The notes under the pieces are model-generated. The model saw only the letters and a program-made list of their open reading frames with translations. It searched no databases and was not told the origin of the DNA. A stretch of DNA of 64,000 nucleotides from Balanoglossus misakiensis. Its lineage: Eukaryota > Animalia > Hemichordata. Within the stretch, counting starts at the first letter, position 1, and each line of letters opens with the position of its first letter. Positions 63,601-64,000 of this stretch are shown here, one piece after another. Where the stretch lies: positions 9,884,088-9,948,087 of the forward strand of contig CM082590.2 in assembly GCA_040954595.2 (NCBI GenBank). Reading direction: 5' to 3'. Position numbers and translations under genes: made by a program.

Positions 63601-64000
63601 GAATCCAATATAAACTTGATCCAAAATAAGTTTTCTTCTTTGGAAAAATTAGGAAACTGTATTAGCAACTAAATGCATCTCAAGATGTGTCTGTATATAT
63701 GTTTCGGTACAACAGTCCAGCATACCAAAATGGCGACGAACTTGATTACTCTGACACAACTGGTCCGCATAAAGACCATTCCCTGTAACCATGGTAACCT
63801 TTCGCCAATTGGAAGAAATACCATGCCTCCCAAAAGATAACTACGAACCACCACCTAGTCACATTTTAAAGCAAGTACCAGAACGCGGGGAAAAATCATC
63901 CTTCTCAAATAAACTTTCGACAAGAACACTTATTTATTTATCTCACAAACGGAGCTACTACAATTTAACGACGAGACAGGGTAAAAACAAAAGAATAAAT

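Noticed and set aside
55000-64000. Hox5 or further homeobox or miRNA genes
   Set aside because: No WFQNRR-type motif in the ORF track and no second miR-10-family hairpin found by eye.

Overview
Eukaryotic, AT-rich DNA from an animal Hox cluster, read on the minus strand. It holds two complete two-exon homeobox genes: a divergent Hox3 (CDS 6374-6023 + 3855-3359, 282 aa) and Hox4 (CDS 36195-35667 + 35047-34743, 277 aa). miR-10 lies about 7.6 kb upstream of Hox4 (mature 43830-43808). The order Hox3-Hox4-miR-10 is co-linear and co-oriented; Hox2 and Hox5 are not in the window. The Hox4 sequence, divergent Hox3 and wide spacing suggest an invertebrate deuterostome, probably a hemichordate or other ambulacrarian (inference only). 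All other ORFs appear to be noise. The most unusual object is a 2.9-kb foldback structure between Hox3 and Hox4 (16910-19768). Its inverted arms are built of 145/156/301-bp tandem units and enclose a GC-rich, strongly self-complementary core with a Pol III B-box plus four 42-bp palindromes. Other signals: a heavily over-represented dispersed 9-mer TGTCGTCTG; four co-oriented CCAAT/E-box promoter modules, two with no adjacent gene; a perfect miR-10 site in the Hox3 3' UTR; and a miR-10 hairpin whose antisense strand would give a miR-99/100-type seed. Everything was read by eye; no searches were run.
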